51,270 nt of DNA from the IMG/VR virus record IMGVR_UViG_3300009167_000002, positions 1 through 51,270 of that record; one strand, written 5' to 3'. Under the pieces are notes generated by a model that worked only from the letters and a program-made list of their open reading frames with translations, had not been told where the DNA came from and did no database searches. Position 1 is the first letter of the stretch. Each line of letters opens with the position of its first letter. This DNA comes from a virus. Taxonomy: Duplodnaviria; Caudoviricetes. This document shows positions 1 to 9,578 of the stretch, piece by piece. Made by a program: the position numbers and the translations under genes.

Positions 1-123
1 ACTTTAACTGAAGCGATGGTAGGAATGTATTTTGATTTAGTTTCTCACACTCAGATTGACGGAGATACTAACCATGATACTACACAGAGAACTTGCAGAC
101 TTTGGGAGTTTAACCCAGACCAT
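1..123. repeat. Terminal direct repeat / assembly overlap (identical to 51148-51270); indicates a circular or circularly permuted complete genome
   Basis: actttaactgaagcg...aacccagaccat occurs at both ends, and the ORF starting at 50821 reads in frame across the junction. Confidence 0.97.
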
Positions 124-201
124 GACGCAGACGCATCTAAAGGATTATTTCAAGTTGTCGAGTCTCAATTTGGACAAGATAGTTGGGATAGAGAAGCATA
201 A
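1..201 (+). CDS. C-terminal part of capsid-associated (cement/decoration-like) protein copy 2; gene starts at 50821 and wraps the origin (175 aa total)
   Basis: In frame with ATG 50821; ends GLFQVVESQFGQDSWDREA, matching paralog 50266-50793; lies just before the major capsid gene. Confidence 0.8.
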   Translation, partial: TLTEAMVGMYFDLVSHTQIDGDTNHDTTQRTCRLWEFNPDHDADASKGLFQVVESQFGQDSWDREA

Positions 202-202
202 A

Positions 203-222
203 TTTGCTAATTAAGTTATAAT
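203..222 (+). promoter_or_regulatory. Late leaderless promoter motif TTTGCnnnTTAAGTTATAAT before the major capsid gene
   Basis: TATAAT 217-222 is 6 nt before ATG 229; the same motif recurs before other structural genes. Confidence 0.7.
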
Positions 223-228
223 AAATAT

Positions 229-1146
229 ATGAGCGCAACAAGAGGAGCATTCGCAGATGAACTAGACCCTTCAATAAGGGAAATATTTTTTGACAGGTAT
301 GACAATGAACCACAAGTCATGCCGATGGTTTTCAATGTATTAACCTCAGATAGTAATATTGAGGAAGATTCAGCAACTACTGGATTTGGTAAATTGCAGC
401 AAACCTCAGAACTGGGAGCTCTAGATTATGAAGACCCAGTTAAGATGTATAAGACTACGTACACTCACTTGAAGTATACCAAAGGATTCAAGGTATCCCA
501 GGAGTTGGTTGAGGATGACCAGCACAATGTTATTTCAGCGATGCCAAGAGCACTTGCAAAGTCAGTTGTTTATACTACTGAGTATTGGGCCGCTTCAGTT
601 TTAAATAACGCATTTTCTACTAGCTACACCAGCTACGGAGATGCAAAACCGCTTTGTTCAACACTACATTCAAGGGCAGATGGTGGAACTGCACAAAGTA
701 ATGCTTCAGCAGCAGGAGTAGTTTTCTCTGAAACTAATCTTGAAACTGGTAGATTAGCACTTGAGAAAGCACTTAATGACAAAGGCGAGATAGTTAATTT
801 CAAGGCTGATACTCTCTTAATTCCGATTGACCTTAGAAAATCAGCACAGATTATAACCGAATCTTCTATGAGGCCAGGTACCGCAAACAATGACATCAAT
901 GTTTATGATGGAGTATTCAAGTTGATTCCTTGGAGATATATTACTACCACAACATATTGGTTCTTGCTCGATTCCAGCAATCATTTACTACAGTGGTTCT
1001 GGAGAGTGCGACCAGAATTTAAGAATGATTTTTCTTTTGATGCAGATGCAGCACTCTACAAAGTTAGAGTCCGATTCAGTTATGGTTGGTCAGACTGGAG
1101 AGGCGTTTGGGGTTCAAAGGGTGATGCGACAACTTATAGTTCTTAA
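229..1146 (+). CDS. Major capsid protein (HK97 fold, Mu gpT-like family)
   Basis: 305 aa after scaffold and cement genes; motifs YTKGFKVSQELVEDD, LLIPIDL, YWFLLD, VRVRFSYGWSDWRGVWGS typical of this MCP group. Confidence 0.85.
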   Translation: MSATRGAFADELDPSIREIFFDRYDNEPQVMPMVFNVLTSDSNIEEDSATTGFGKLQQTSELGALDYEDPVKMYKTTYTHLKYTKGFKVSQELVEDDQHNVISAMPRALAKSVVYTTEYWAASVLNNAFSTSYTSYGDAKPLCSTLHSRADGGTAQSNASAAGVVFSETNLETGRLALEKALNDKGEIVNFKADTLLIPIDLRKSAQIITESSMRPGTANNDINVYDGVFKLIPWRYITTTTYWFLLDSSNHLLQWFWRVRPEFKNDFSFDADAALYKVRVRFSYGWSDWRGVWGSKGDATTYSS

Positions 1147-1171
1147 TTAATAAAGGTAGAGGTTTAAGTAT

Positions 1172-1223
1172 GGGAGCTTGGGATACGGGCACCTCCCGAA
1201 ATCCCATAAGAGCTCCCTTTTTT
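1172..1223 (+). terminator. Intrinsic terminator after the capsid gene (long compound hairpin plus U-tract)
   Basis: gggagct/agctccc, tgggat/atccca and cggg/cccg nested stems followed by tttttt. Confidence 0.75.
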
Positions 1224-1224
1224 A

Positions 1225-1234
1225 ATGTTATAAT
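1225..1234 (+). promoter_or_regulatory. Late leaderless promoter variant ATGTTATAAT
   Basis: TATAAT 6 nt before ATG 1241. Confidence 0.6.
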
Positions 1235-1240
1235 AAATAT

Positions 1241-1480
1241 ATGGGTGTAACTAAACTAAATGCAGTAAATACAGGACAGACAAGAATTTATCAGGGTACA
1301 ACATTACCGACTACCCCTCAGCAGTATTATGGCACGGGAATTGGAGATGTTGACTCTATTACATGGAGGGGTGGAGAACTGGCTTACCTTTCAAATATAA
1401 AAAAGTTATTTATTCAGACAGCAACAAGCGGAACAACCGCATCTTGGTACAGGTATCAGGATGTTTTGGTAGCAGTATAA
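1241..1480 (+). CDS. Putative head fibre/decoration protein, paralog 1 (no S/T tail)
   Basis: Shares PxTPxxYYG, WxGGE, L(F/Y)IQTATSG and W with the next two ORFs; directly after MCP. Confidence 0.6.
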   Translation: MGVTKLNAVNTGQTRIYQGTTLPTTPQQYYGTGIGDVDSITWRGGELAYLSNIKKLFIQTATSGTTASWYRYQDVLVAV

Positions 1481-1481
1481 T

Positions 1482-1862
1482 ATGGGACTTACAAACTTAG
1501 ATACAATAAATGTAACTACAGCAAGAGCAAAGGTGCTGGCGGCTTCACCGTCAACGCCTATGGATTTTTATGGGTTTAAAGCTGGTCAGGATGTGGGCGA
1601 TACTTCATGGGCTGGAGGAGAGATTTACTACAATAGTGCAGATTATAAACTTTACATCCAGACTGCGACAAGCGGTACTGGAGCAGGTACTTGGTACAAA
1701 ACAACCGACCTATTCGTAACTACATCAACATCAACCAGCACGTCATCTACCAGCACGTCTACGACATCCAGTACGTCAACATCTAGTACATCAACCTCGA
1801 CAACGAGTTCAACCAGCACGTCATCAACCAGTACCAGCACGTCTAGTACAACAACAGCATAA
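1482..1862 (+). CDS. Putative head fibre/decoration protein, paralog 2, with 46-aa Ser/Thr tail
   Basis: 79-aa domain homologous to its neighbours plus a pure S/T C-terminus. Confidence 0.65.
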   Translation: MGLTNLDTINVTTARAKVLAASPSTPMDFYGFKAGQDVGDTSWAGGEIYYNSADYKLYIQTATSGTGAGTWYKTTDLFVTTSTSTSTSSTSTSTTSSTSTSSTSTSTTSSTSTSSTSTSTSSTTTA

Positions 1863-1864
1863 AT

Positions 1865-2338
1865 ATGGCAAGCGAAACAACATACGACAATTTAAGGGCA
1901 AAAGGTGGAGCCGCAAAGGTTCTTTCCGCACTACCTCAAACACCAGAAGCCTATTTTGGTGAAACTGTGGTAAATGTTCATCCAATTAATTGGGTGGGTG
2001 GAGAGTTGGTTTATCTGACAACCGATAGCAGACTTTATATGAATGCGGCCACTTCTGGAAGAACTGCTACCTGGAGGAGATTGGCTGATGCTTTTGCTAC
2101 CAGTACAACCAGCACGACTACAACGACCTCAACATCAACATCGACAACGACTACGACCTCAACATCCACAAGTTCCAGCACGAGCACGACCACAACCTCG
2201 ACAACAACGTCTACGACAACGTCATCTACAACGACATCAACTAGCACGTCATCAACGACTACGACATCGACATCGACCAGCACGTCAACGTCAACGACAT
2301 CATCGTCAACATCAACTAGTACAACAACAACAGCATGA
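1865..2338 (+). CDS. Putative head fibre/decoration protein, paralog 3, with 78-aa Ser/Thr tail
   Basis: 78-aa homologous domain plus a pure S/T C-terminus. Confidence 0.65.
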   Translation: MASETTYDNLRAKGGAAKVLSALPQTPEAYFGETVVNVHPINWVGGELVYLTTDSRLYMNAATSGRTATWRRLADAFATSTTSTTTTTSTSTSTTTTTSTSTSSSTSTTTTSTTTSTTTSSTTTSTSTSSTTTTSTSTSTSTSTTSSSTSTSTTTTA

Positions 2339-2718
2339 GAACTATAATTTATGATGAAAACACTAAGGCATTTTCGGTCTCAAACCCGATGCCGATAAAG
2401 TATTCGTATGATACAACCAACTCGTTTAGTGCAACATTTACAACTGCGGATTGCACAACTGCATTAACAGTAAAAGCTGCGACATCTGGTAAGTCTATCT
2501 ATATAACGGATATTTTATTCTCAAGTGGAACAACCATGACATTCTTGTTGCAGGATGGTGATGGTACAGCAATAATATATCCAGTTTACACAACCGCAAA
2601 TTACCCACAGAAATTAAGTTTCATTACTCCTATAAAAGTTACTGCAAGTAAGTCTCTGCAAATAAAGACATCTGCTGCTGGCACAATGACTGTAACAGTG
2701 GCTGGTTATGTGGCTTGA
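2335..2718 (+). CDS. Putative virion structural protein (beta-rich)
   Basis: Thr/Ala-rich beta-strand pattern; ATGA-coupled to the upstream gene. Confidence 0.45.
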   Translation: MRTIIYDENTKAFSVSNPMPIKYSYDTTNSFSATFTTADCTTALTVKAATSGKSIYITDILFSSGTTMTFLLQDGDGTAIIYPVYTTANYPQKLSFITPIKVTASKSLQIKTSAAGTMTVTVAGYVA

Positions 2719-2743
2719 CAGCGTTAAAGATTTGTTCTAATCT
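2715..2743 (+). promoter_or_regulatory. Sigma70-like promoter (TTGACA-17-TAATCT) upstream of the accessory/glycosylation genes
   Basis: Perfect -35 at 2715-2720, -10-like at 2738-2743. Confidence 0.5.
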
Positions 2744-2755
2744 AAATTATATTAT

Positions 2756-3022
2756 ATGGATATCCAATTCGTTAAGACTTCTGATCTTGATTTGGCTTCA
2801 ACTCTTTATACAGTGGGGTTTCCTATTGACGGCATATACAACTCCAACAGAAAGACTCCTTTTGGTGAACCTATTATGGATTTCTATTTTAGGGATGAGG
2901 AAAGGTTAAGAGAGGCAATGAATCAGTATTATAGAAGAGCTTTAAGAGTTGAACCAAGTGAATTATTCCGTAATAGGAAAGAGATATTAGATAGGATAAA
3001 ACATGAAGAGAGTGTTAAGTAA
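2756..3022 (+). CDS. Hypothetical protein (DUF5659-like)
   Basis: TSDLDLASTLYTVGF...DFYF pattern recalled for DUF5659. Confidence 0.5.
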   Translation: MDIQFVKTSDLDLASTLYTVGFPIDGIYNSNRKTPFGEPIMDFYFRDEERLREAMNQYYRRALRVEPSELFRNRKEILDRIKHEESVK

Positions 3023-3215
3023 TCTTAAAAGAGTATCGGTTAAGTACCCATTTAGGGGAAGAGAGATATTCTTTAGATACAAACAGAAAAGAATCTTTGA
3101 CATGGATGACGAGGAAGAAGCGGCAGAATATTATCTCTGGAAAGACAGATATGACTGGATTATAGATATAACAGCAAATTGCCCAGATATTAACAAGGAG
3201 GTGAAAGATTTATGA
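3003..3215 (+). CDS. Hypothetical protein
   Basis: ORF fills the operon and overlaps its neighbours. Confidence 0.6.
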   Translation: MKRVLSNLKRVSVKYPFRGREIFFRYKQKRIFDMDDEEEAAEYYLWKDRYDWIIDITANCPDINKEVKDL

Positions 3216-3598
3216 AAATGAAAATATTATATAACCCCACCGATAAGGATATAATTGATTACCCGATATCCGAGGCCCAGGTAGATGCAGAAGGGAACAT
3301 ATTATATGACAAAGATGAGAAGATGCTTACCACAGTGCGGACCCTTACTTGGACTATTAAAGCGGGAGAGAAGGTCAAAGTTCCTGCTTATGTAGCTGAT
3401 TATTTGATGTCTGTATATGCACAAACTGACCCTAATGCTACAAATAGGGGTTTGGAAGTTGAAGAAGATACGGAAGAAAAGACCGAGATACCAGTTGTAA
3501 AAGGAGACGGAGTTTGTAAACAATGCGGAAAATCATTTAAGAGTCCAAGAGCAATGGCATTACATTGGGCCGCAAAACATCCTGATTTACTAAAATGA
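3212..3598 (+). CDS. Hypothetical protein with C-terminal C2H2 zinc finger
   Basis: CKQCGKSFKSPRAMALHWAAKH; SD GGAGGTGA upstream. Confidence 0.7.
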   Translation: MKMKILYNPTDKDIIDYPISEAQVDAEGNILYDKDEKMLTTVRTLTWTIKAGEKVKVPAYVADYLMSVYAQTDPNATNRGLEVEEDTEEKTEIPVVKGDGVCKQCGKSFKSPRAMALHWAAKHPDLLK

Positions 3599-3849
3599 TA
3601 AATTATTGTCCGAGGTGTGGTTTTAGACTGACTGCGGAAGAACCTGAACCAAGTTCTGTTCTTGGTGATTATGAGGTTATTGATGACAGTGGAATAAGAG
3701 TTGCGGTACCAGGAGTTCTGGATAACAGGAAAAGACTTATTGAGTTAAGAAACAGAAGGCCGCCAGTAGTTCATCCTGTGAGAAATGATAGCGAGATGGA
3801 TAAGTTTGGAAGCCTTGTTGTCGGAGAAGGATTAGTACAGGAGGGATAA
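3595..3849 (+). CDS. Hypothetical protein (N-terminal CxxC)
   Basis: YCPRCG; translationally coupled. Confidence 0.6.
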   Translation: MINYCPRCGFRLTAEEPEPSSVLGDYEVIDDSGIRVAVPGVLDNRKRLIELRNRRPPVVHPVRNDSEMDKFGSLVVGEGLVQEG

Positions 3850-4130
3850 TGTTTGATAGTAAACAGACAATATTTTATTTTGTTAGAAAAATCATTAAGG
3901 GTTTTTCAGAAGAAGAAAAAGAAAAAATAAATGGAATTAGTATCTCAGTTTCAGATGGTATGAAAATTGGTAGAGGAGGAAGAGAACTTTTAGGTTATTT
4001 TAATCGTTCTAGTAAAAATATTGTTATCTTTGCTCCCGATAAATTTATTTTGGGTGATAGAGATATTTATGAAACTATGAAAAATCTTGAAGGACTTATA
4101 AGACATGAGTTAAAGCATGCTATTAGTTGA
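3849..4130 (+). CDS. Small zincin-like (HExxH) protein
   Basis: LLGYF...LIRHELKH. Confidence 0.45.
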   Translation: MFDSKQTIFYFVRKIIKGFSEEEKEKINGISISVSDGMKIGRGGRELLGYFNRSSKNIVIFAPDKFILGDRDIYETMKNLEGLIRHELKHAIS

Positions 4131-4132
4131 AT

Positions 4133-5404
4133 ATGAGAATATCAATTTTAACCACCTTTTCAAATTTTGATAGTGCTTTCTCTTTGTGTGGCGTGGTTAA
4201 TCAGCAGTTGATTGCCTTGCTTAAATATGGATACAAGCCAGTTCTTTTAGTTCTAGATACCTTTAAAGATGATGAAAAGGTGCCCAAAGGAGTGGAAATC
4301 AGAAAAGTTATTCCCCAGCTTATTCTTGAACCTTACGGGCAAAGAGATATAACCAACCTTGATGCGGATGTGGCCAAGGCACAAAAGGCAATGGAAGACA
4401 ATATGGCCGATATTGATGTTTGCCTTACCCACGATATTATCTTTATTAACAGTTATCTTCCTTACAATATTGCAATGAGAAAGGCAATAGATACTACCCT
4501 CGGAAAAGTACGGTGGCTTCACTGGATGCACTCAGGGCCGTCTTTTGCAAAGTTGGATGATTCTGTATGGGATAACTTATACACGCTTCCAAAGAACTCA
4601 CGGCTTATCTACATGAACTATACGGACAGTATCAGGGCTGCCGAGATGTATCATGTTCTTCCAAAAGATGTACGCACAATATTTAATCCTATGGACATCA
4701 GGGAACTATACAACTTCAATCCACTAACTAAAGAGATAATAGATGAGAATGATTTGATGAGTCCAGAGTTTTTGGCCATATATCCTTTATCAACAACCAG
4801 AATGGGAGATAATGGTAAACAGATATCTAAAGCAATTAGGATTATGAGTTGCCTTAAAAAGAGGGGTTCAAGTGTGGCTTTGGTAGTACCAAATGCCCAC
4901 GCCAATGCAGGAAGAGAGAAACAGGCTATTGAATCAATGTACCAATATGCTTATGAGAGGGGGATGGAACACCGTGAATTAATATTCACCTCCTTCCACC
5001 ATCCCCCTACTTATGAGCATGGAGTACCGCATGAAGTTGTCAGAGATTTGTTCTTGTTAAGCAATCTGTTTTTATTCCCATCAATAAGCGAGAACTGTCC
5101 ATTGGTTTTACTGGAAGCCATGGCTGGTAAGAATATTCTTGTTCTTAATCAGAGTTTTGCTGCGTTTAGGGATTTTGGAAAAGAAGATGCTCTTTACTTT
5201 GCCTTTGGTTCACTAACAGAGGGTGGAAGGATATTTCCAGATGGAGAGGAAAAATACTACGAGGATATTGCAACCTTGATAGTTTCCGAATATAACCAGA
5301 ATAAAGCGATTAAGGCACAAACCAGAATAAGAAGAGAATTTAATATTGATACAATTTTTAAAAAGCAACTCGAACCAGCGATACTTGAAGTTTCAACAAT
5401 ATAA
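4133..5404 (+). CDS. Glycosyltransferase, GT-B fold (GT4-like)
   Basis: LFLFPSISENCPLVLLEAMAG resembles the GT4 ExF...LEA motif. Confidence 0.85.
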   Translation: MRISILTTFSNFDSAFSLCGVVNQQLIALLKYGYKPVLLVLDTFKDDEKVPKGVEIRKVIPQLILEPYGQRDITNLDADVAKAQKAMEDNMADIDVCLTHDIIFINSYLPYNIAMRKAIDTTLGKVRWLHWMHSGPSFAKLDDSVWDNLYTLPKNSRLIYMNYTDSIRAAEMYHVLPKDVRTIFNPMDIRELYNFNPLTKEIIDENDLMSPEFLAIYPLSTTRMGDNGKQISKAIRIMSCLKKRGSSVALVVPNAHANAGREKQAIESMYQYAYERGMEHRELIFTSFHHPPTYEHGVPHEVVRDLFLLSNLFLFPSISENCPLVLLEAMAGKNILVLNQSFAAFRDFGKEDALYFAFGSLTEGGRIFPDGEEKYYEDIATLIVSEYNQNKAIKAQTRIRREFNIDTIFKKQLEPAILEVSTI

Positions 5405-5405
5405 C

Positions 5406-6326
5406 ATGTCAACTTACGAATTAAATAAAGTTTGCGAGAAGTGCGGTAAAAAGATACCTGACGAATTTATAAATCCGCTTTGTTGGGATTGCTATGACCT
5501 ACTGACAAAACAAAAGGTGGAAACTCCTCAAGAGCAACCAGTTGTACCCCCCACACCACCGACTGCTAAAAATGGTATTGCTGAAGAAACTTATATAGAA
5601 CGACCAGAAGCTGAAGACAAAGAACAATGGAGGGCAAATATAAGGTTATTTGAAAAACACAAAAAAATGCTCTGGAACCCCACCAGAAATATGTATACCT
5701 TCATAAAGAACTATAATCTGAACAAGATAACACAGCACGTTCAGTATCCTAAGTTTATTTGGAAGCCAAAGATTGTTGATGTGGGGTGCGGTTGCGGTGT
5801 GGGTTCAAATGTATTATCTCAGGAGGCTGACTTTGTATGGGGGATAGACAAGAACGAGGATAGCGTTAAGTTTGCCAAGGAATGCTTTGAGAGGATTAAG
5901 AACCAGATTTATTACTTGGCTCAGGTTACTTTTGATGTTATAGACATAATGAAGGATACCAGGCAGATGGCACAATTTGACCAAGTGGTAGCCATAGAGA
6001 TAATAGAGCATATTGACGATTATAAGGGCTTTCTTAAATCAATAATAAGGTTTGATAAGAGAGGTAAAAATGGGGAACCACCTGCGGTTGACCCCACAGA
6101 ATACTTTATCTCAACTCCTAATAGGAACAATAAATATATTAGCAATAACGGTCCGAGAAATAGGTATCATGTAAGAGAGTGGACAAGCGGTGAGTTTTAT
6201 AATGTTCTCAATGAATTTTTCCAAAATATAGTTTTCTTTGATTCTTTGGGAAGAGAAATTCCGAGAGAAGAATATGCAACTACCGAACATTCACCGATAT
6301 TGGTTAAGTGTTCAGGAGTTAAATAA
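5406..6326 (+). CDS. Class I SAM methyltransferase with N-terminal Zn-finger
   Basis: IVDVGCGCG, GID, EIIEHI, ISTPN, YHVREW; CEKC...CWDC at the N-terminus. Confidence 0.85.
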   Translation: MSTYELNKVCEKCGKKIPDEFINPLCWDCYDLLTKQKVETPQEQPVVPPTPPTAKNGIAEETYIERPEAEDKEQWRANIRLFEKHKKMLWNPTRNMYTFIKNYNLNKITQHVQYPKFIWKPKIVDVGCGCGVGSNVLSQEADFVWGIDKNEDSVKFAKECFERIKNQIYYLAQVTFDVIDIMKDTRQMAQFDQVVAIEIIEHIDDYKGFLKSIIRFDKRGKNGEPPAVDPTEYFISTPNRNNKYISNNGPRNRYHVREWTSGEFYNVLNEFFQNIVFFDSLGREIPREEYATTEHSPILVKCSGVK

Positions 6327-6336
6327 ATTATATTAT

Positions 6337-7506
6337 ATGATAACTTTGAGTGTAATAATTCCTGCTAGGAATGAATTTCCAAACATTGTTCATACCATCT
6401 ATTCCATTCTTCATGCGTGGGAGGCTGAAGGACACGACCCAGACACACTTGAGATTATCCTTGTAGACAATTGCAGTAATGATGACATTCATCCACATAG
6501 AGGCACAGCGGGAACTACCTCATATTTAGAAGGAAGGGGAATCTACTACAACGCAAGAATGAAGATTTTAAGAGACCCGATAGCAGGAAACCATAGTGCA
6601 AGAAATAAGGGTGCAAAGCTGGCACGGGGTAAATACTTATTCTTCTCGGATGCTCATATGGCCTACAGACCTGGCTTCTTCAAAGAAATGATGAGAACTA
6701 CATATGAATCAGGCGGACTTGTTCATGGTGCTATAGCATGGATGGGTGCATATCCTCCCGTGGTGGGTGGAGTAGGATTTTCTTACACGATTAAACTAGG
6801 CGAGGAGTGGAAAGGTACGTGGGCACCTTATTATCTAGCCGATGATTGGTGGTATATTCCATCACAAGGACATTGTTCCGTAATGGTAGATAAAGAGCAA
6901 TTCTTTAAATTTGGAGGCTACCCCAAGGTTCACAGAACCTATGGCGGTGGAGAGTTCTACATAGATATGAAATGGTGGATGATGGGTTCTACGGTTGCCG
7001 TTAATCCAAAGGCAATCGGATACCATCTATCTTCTGGCCGAGGTTATTCATACAACCATAGGGATTATATCGAGAATGTACTCGGTGTTACCCATGTCTT
7101 GGGTTGCGAGGATTGGAGAGAAAGGGTTTACATGAATGCACTTAGGAAAACAAGAAAAGAAGAACTTGATGAAACTATGGCAAGGAACGAGATTGAATAT
7201 AAGAAAGAGAGAGAGTTTGTGCAAAAGAGAATAAAAAAGTCCTTTAACGATTTACTCATTGAAAGGCCGTGGGATAAAAAGAATATAGAAAGGCATGGCA
7301 AGGCAAACGGAGCAATGACTATCTTTCACTATACCTGGCTTGAATTGCTGATACAAAGTCCTATTGCTCTTGAGGCTTACAGGAACTCTAAATACCAGAA
7401 AGGACTTGAAGAATTCATTGAAAACAATCTAAGTGAGTTTATTTATTTGGGTAAAAATTATGACGCAGAAAGAATTAAAAATCTAAGGGAGGTGATATGG
7501 GCATGA
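6337..7506 (+). CDS. Glycosyltransferase family 2 (polypeptide GalNAc-transferase-like features)
   Basis: SVIIPARNE, EIILVDNCSND, ARNKGAKLARGKYLFFSDAH (DxH), FFKFGGY, YGGGE. Confidence 0.85.
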   Translation: MITLSVIIPARNEFPNIVHTIYSILHAWEAEGHDPDTLEIILVDNCSNDDIHPHRGTAGTTSYLEGRGIYYNARMKILRDPIAGNHSARNKGAKLARGKYLFFSDAHMAYRPGFFKEMMRTTYESGGLVHGAIAWMGAYPPVVGGVGFSYTIKLGEEWKGTWAPYYLADDWWYIPSQGHCSVMVDKEQFFKFGGYPKVHRTYGGGEFYIDMKWWMMGSTVAVNPKAIGYHLSSGRGYSYNHRDYIENVLGVTHVLGCEDWRERVYMNALRKTRKEELDETMARNEIEYKKEREFVQKRIKKSFNDLLIERPWDKKNIERHGKANGAMTIFHYTWLELLIQSPIALEAYRNSKYQKGLEEFIENNLSEFIYLGKNYDAERIKNLREVIWA

Positions 7507-8306
7507 GCTATTCAATAGGAATTTGCGGATATGGTTATGTAGGAAAGGCCACTGGCAATATGTTTGGGGATTGGGTTACGGATATATATGACCCGAATGG
7601 ATATCCAGAGGAAAACTTCTTTGAGAATGTAGATTTGGAGATTATTGCAGTACCGACACAAATGAATGAGGATGGAAGCTGTGATACGTCTTTGGTAGAG
7701 GAGAAAGTAAAGGAATCAAAAGCACCTTTAATACTTATTAAATCAACAATTACACCAGGTACAACAGACAGACTAATAAAGGAAACTGGTAAACACATAG
7801 TATTTAGTCCTGAATTTATCGGAGAGGGAAATTACTTTACACCGCCCTGGATGTATCCCGACCCAGTTAGTCCAGTAAGTCATGGTTTTATGGTTATGGG
7901 AGGTTCTGATGATGATTGCGAGAAGGTGGCCAATATCTTTGTAAGAAAGATGGGACCGCATACAAAATTTATTTTCTTAAAACCGAAAGAGGCTGAGTGT
8001 GTTAAGTATTGGGAGAATGTTTGGGGGGCCACTAAGGTTATCTTTGCCAATGTAATGTTTGATTGTTTAAAGGCATTAGGTGTTAGTTATTACAGGACAA
8101 GAGAGGGTTGGGTTGCCGACCCTAGAGTTGAAAAGATGCATACTGCCGTATTTGAAAAGGCAAGAGGATTTAGTGGTAAATGTTTTCCTAAAGACTTGAG
8201 AGCTTTCATACATGCAGTAGAAAAGACTGGATATAAACCCAGATTGCTAAAGGAGGTATGGAATACTAACTGTGATTACAGACCAGATGAATTTAATAAG
8301 ATATGA
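7497..8306 (+). CDS. UDP-glucose/GDP-mannose dehydrogenase family protein (short form; start may be 7503)
   Basis: GYGYVG, IAVPT, IKSTITPGTT, SPEF, AECVKYWEN, GFSGKCFPKD. Confidence 0.88.
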   Translation: MGMSYSIGICGYGYVGKATGNMFGDWVTDIYDPNGYPEENFFENVDLEIIAVPTQMNEDGSCDTSLVEEKVKESKAPLILIKSTITPGTTDRLIKETGKHIVFSPEFIGEGNYFTPPWMYPDPVSPVSHGFMVMGGSDDDCEKVANIFVRKMGPHTKFIFLKPKEAECVKYWENVWGATKVIFANVMFDCLKALGVSYYRTREGWVADPRVEKMHTAVFEKARGFSGKCFPKDLRAFIHAVEKTGYKPRLLKEVWNTNCDYRPDEFNKI

Positions 8307-8647
8307 AAGAAAGAACACCTTTGCATCATAAACCTTATATAGTTTGTTATGATGATTATCGTTGCGTAAGTAGTCTTGATAAAGATGAAACTGAAAGATT
8401 GATTATGGCTGGAGATGTAAAATGGTTAGTTGGTAACAGACAGGAATTGTGCGAGTTTGAAATAAAAATATATCAGATATATTTAAAGGTAAAAGAAAAT
8501 ATGGAAGTTGAGGGGTCGCCTTCCAATAAGGATATAGTTGAAATCTTTAATAAAGATAAATCAATACAAAGATGTATTTCACGCAATGCGGTTGCCCGTG
8601 CCAGGCGTAGAATTGCTCATACAATGGGGTTTAAGCAAGGGTGGTAA
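8303..8647 (+). CDS. Hypothetical protein (possible C-terminal HTH)
   Basis: Coupled ORF inside the glycan cluster. Confidence 0.5.
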   Translation: MKERTPLHHKPYIVCYDDYRCVSSLDKDETERLIMAGDVKWLVGNRQELCEFEIKIYQIYLKVKENMEVEGSPSNKDIVEIFNKDKSIQRCISRNAVARARRRIAHTMGFKQGW

Positions 8648-8648
8648 T

Positions 8649-9578
8649 ATGCTGGAAAAACAAATATTGGAAAACTTGATTAAAAATGAGTGCAAGAAAC
8701 ACAAAGGCAAAGTTTGTGCTCTGTCTGGTGGAATAGATAGCAGTTTGCTTTGTGCTTTGATTAAACCAGAATTTGCAATATCGGTTAGGTTGCCATTGGG
8801 TAAACCCTATGATGAGAGTAAATATTCTAAAGATATGGCAAGATACCTAAGATTAAAGCGTGTGGTGGTTAAGCCCGATTTTAAAAACTTTGATGCCTAT
8901 ATGAAAAAGGCTGTTAGGGCAATAGGAAGGCCCATCCCTCATTTTAATATCTTTCCTTTGTATTGCATGTATAAGGAACTGGCAAGAATGAATATAAAAG
9001 AGATTGTTTTGGGTGATGGTCCAGATGAGACAATGTGCGGTTATGCAAGGAATTTAATGATGAAGCATCTTTACTTTGATTTGTTTGAGAAGGAAGAATT
9101 TGAGGGATATGGGCCGATGTTGGGAAGAGTATTAAAACCATTTGAGGAAGCCTATGCACAAGCAATAGATAAAGATTATGGTCTTGTTAAAAAGATTTTT
9201 GATGAGGCTGCACGCAAAAAAAAGAATGCCATTGATTGTATGTGCTGGATAGATATGAAGATTTGTAGAGAGGATATGGATGACATGAGTAATGGGATTG
9301 CCCGATACTTTGGAATAAAAAACATACGGCCATATCAGGATAATCCAAAGATAGATGATTTTATGTTTAACCTTCCGATAAAGGACAAGATAAGGGGTTC
9401 TTATGGAAAATATCTTTTAAGAGTAATTGCTTCCAAATACATTCCGAAGAAATACGCATGGAGATTAAGAAAGGTAGGGGGACCCGTATACCCCGTAAAC
9501 CGACTTAAAAATTGGATGGATTATGGGGAGTTTGACAAAAGAATTTATCTTGAATACCAAGAAGGACTATTAAAATAA
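8649..9578 (+). CDS. Asparagine synthetase-like ATP-dependent amidotransferase (synthetase domain only)
   Basis: ALSGGIDSS PP-loop, LGDGPDE, GKYLLR; no N-terminal Cys glutaminase domain. Confidence 0.85.
   Translation: MLEKQILENLIKNECKKHKGKVCALSGGIDSSLLCALIKPEFAISVRLPLGKPYDESKYSKDMARYLRLKRVVVKPDFKNFDAYMKKAVRAIGRPIPHFNIFPLYCMYKELARMNIKEIVLGDGPDETMCGYARNLMMKHLYFDLFEKEEFEGYGPMLGRVLKPFEEAYAQAIDKDYGLVKKIFDEAARKKKNAIDCMCWIDMKICREDMDDMSNGIARYFGIKNIRPYQDNPKIDDFMFNLPIKDKIRGSYGKYLLRVIASKYIPKKYAWRLRKVGGPVYPVNRLKNWMDYGEFDKRIYLEYQEGLLK

Noticed and set aside
1-123. Biological direct terminal repeat of the virion DNA
   Set aside because: It falls mid-gene and is more simply an assembler overlap; real ends cannot be inferred
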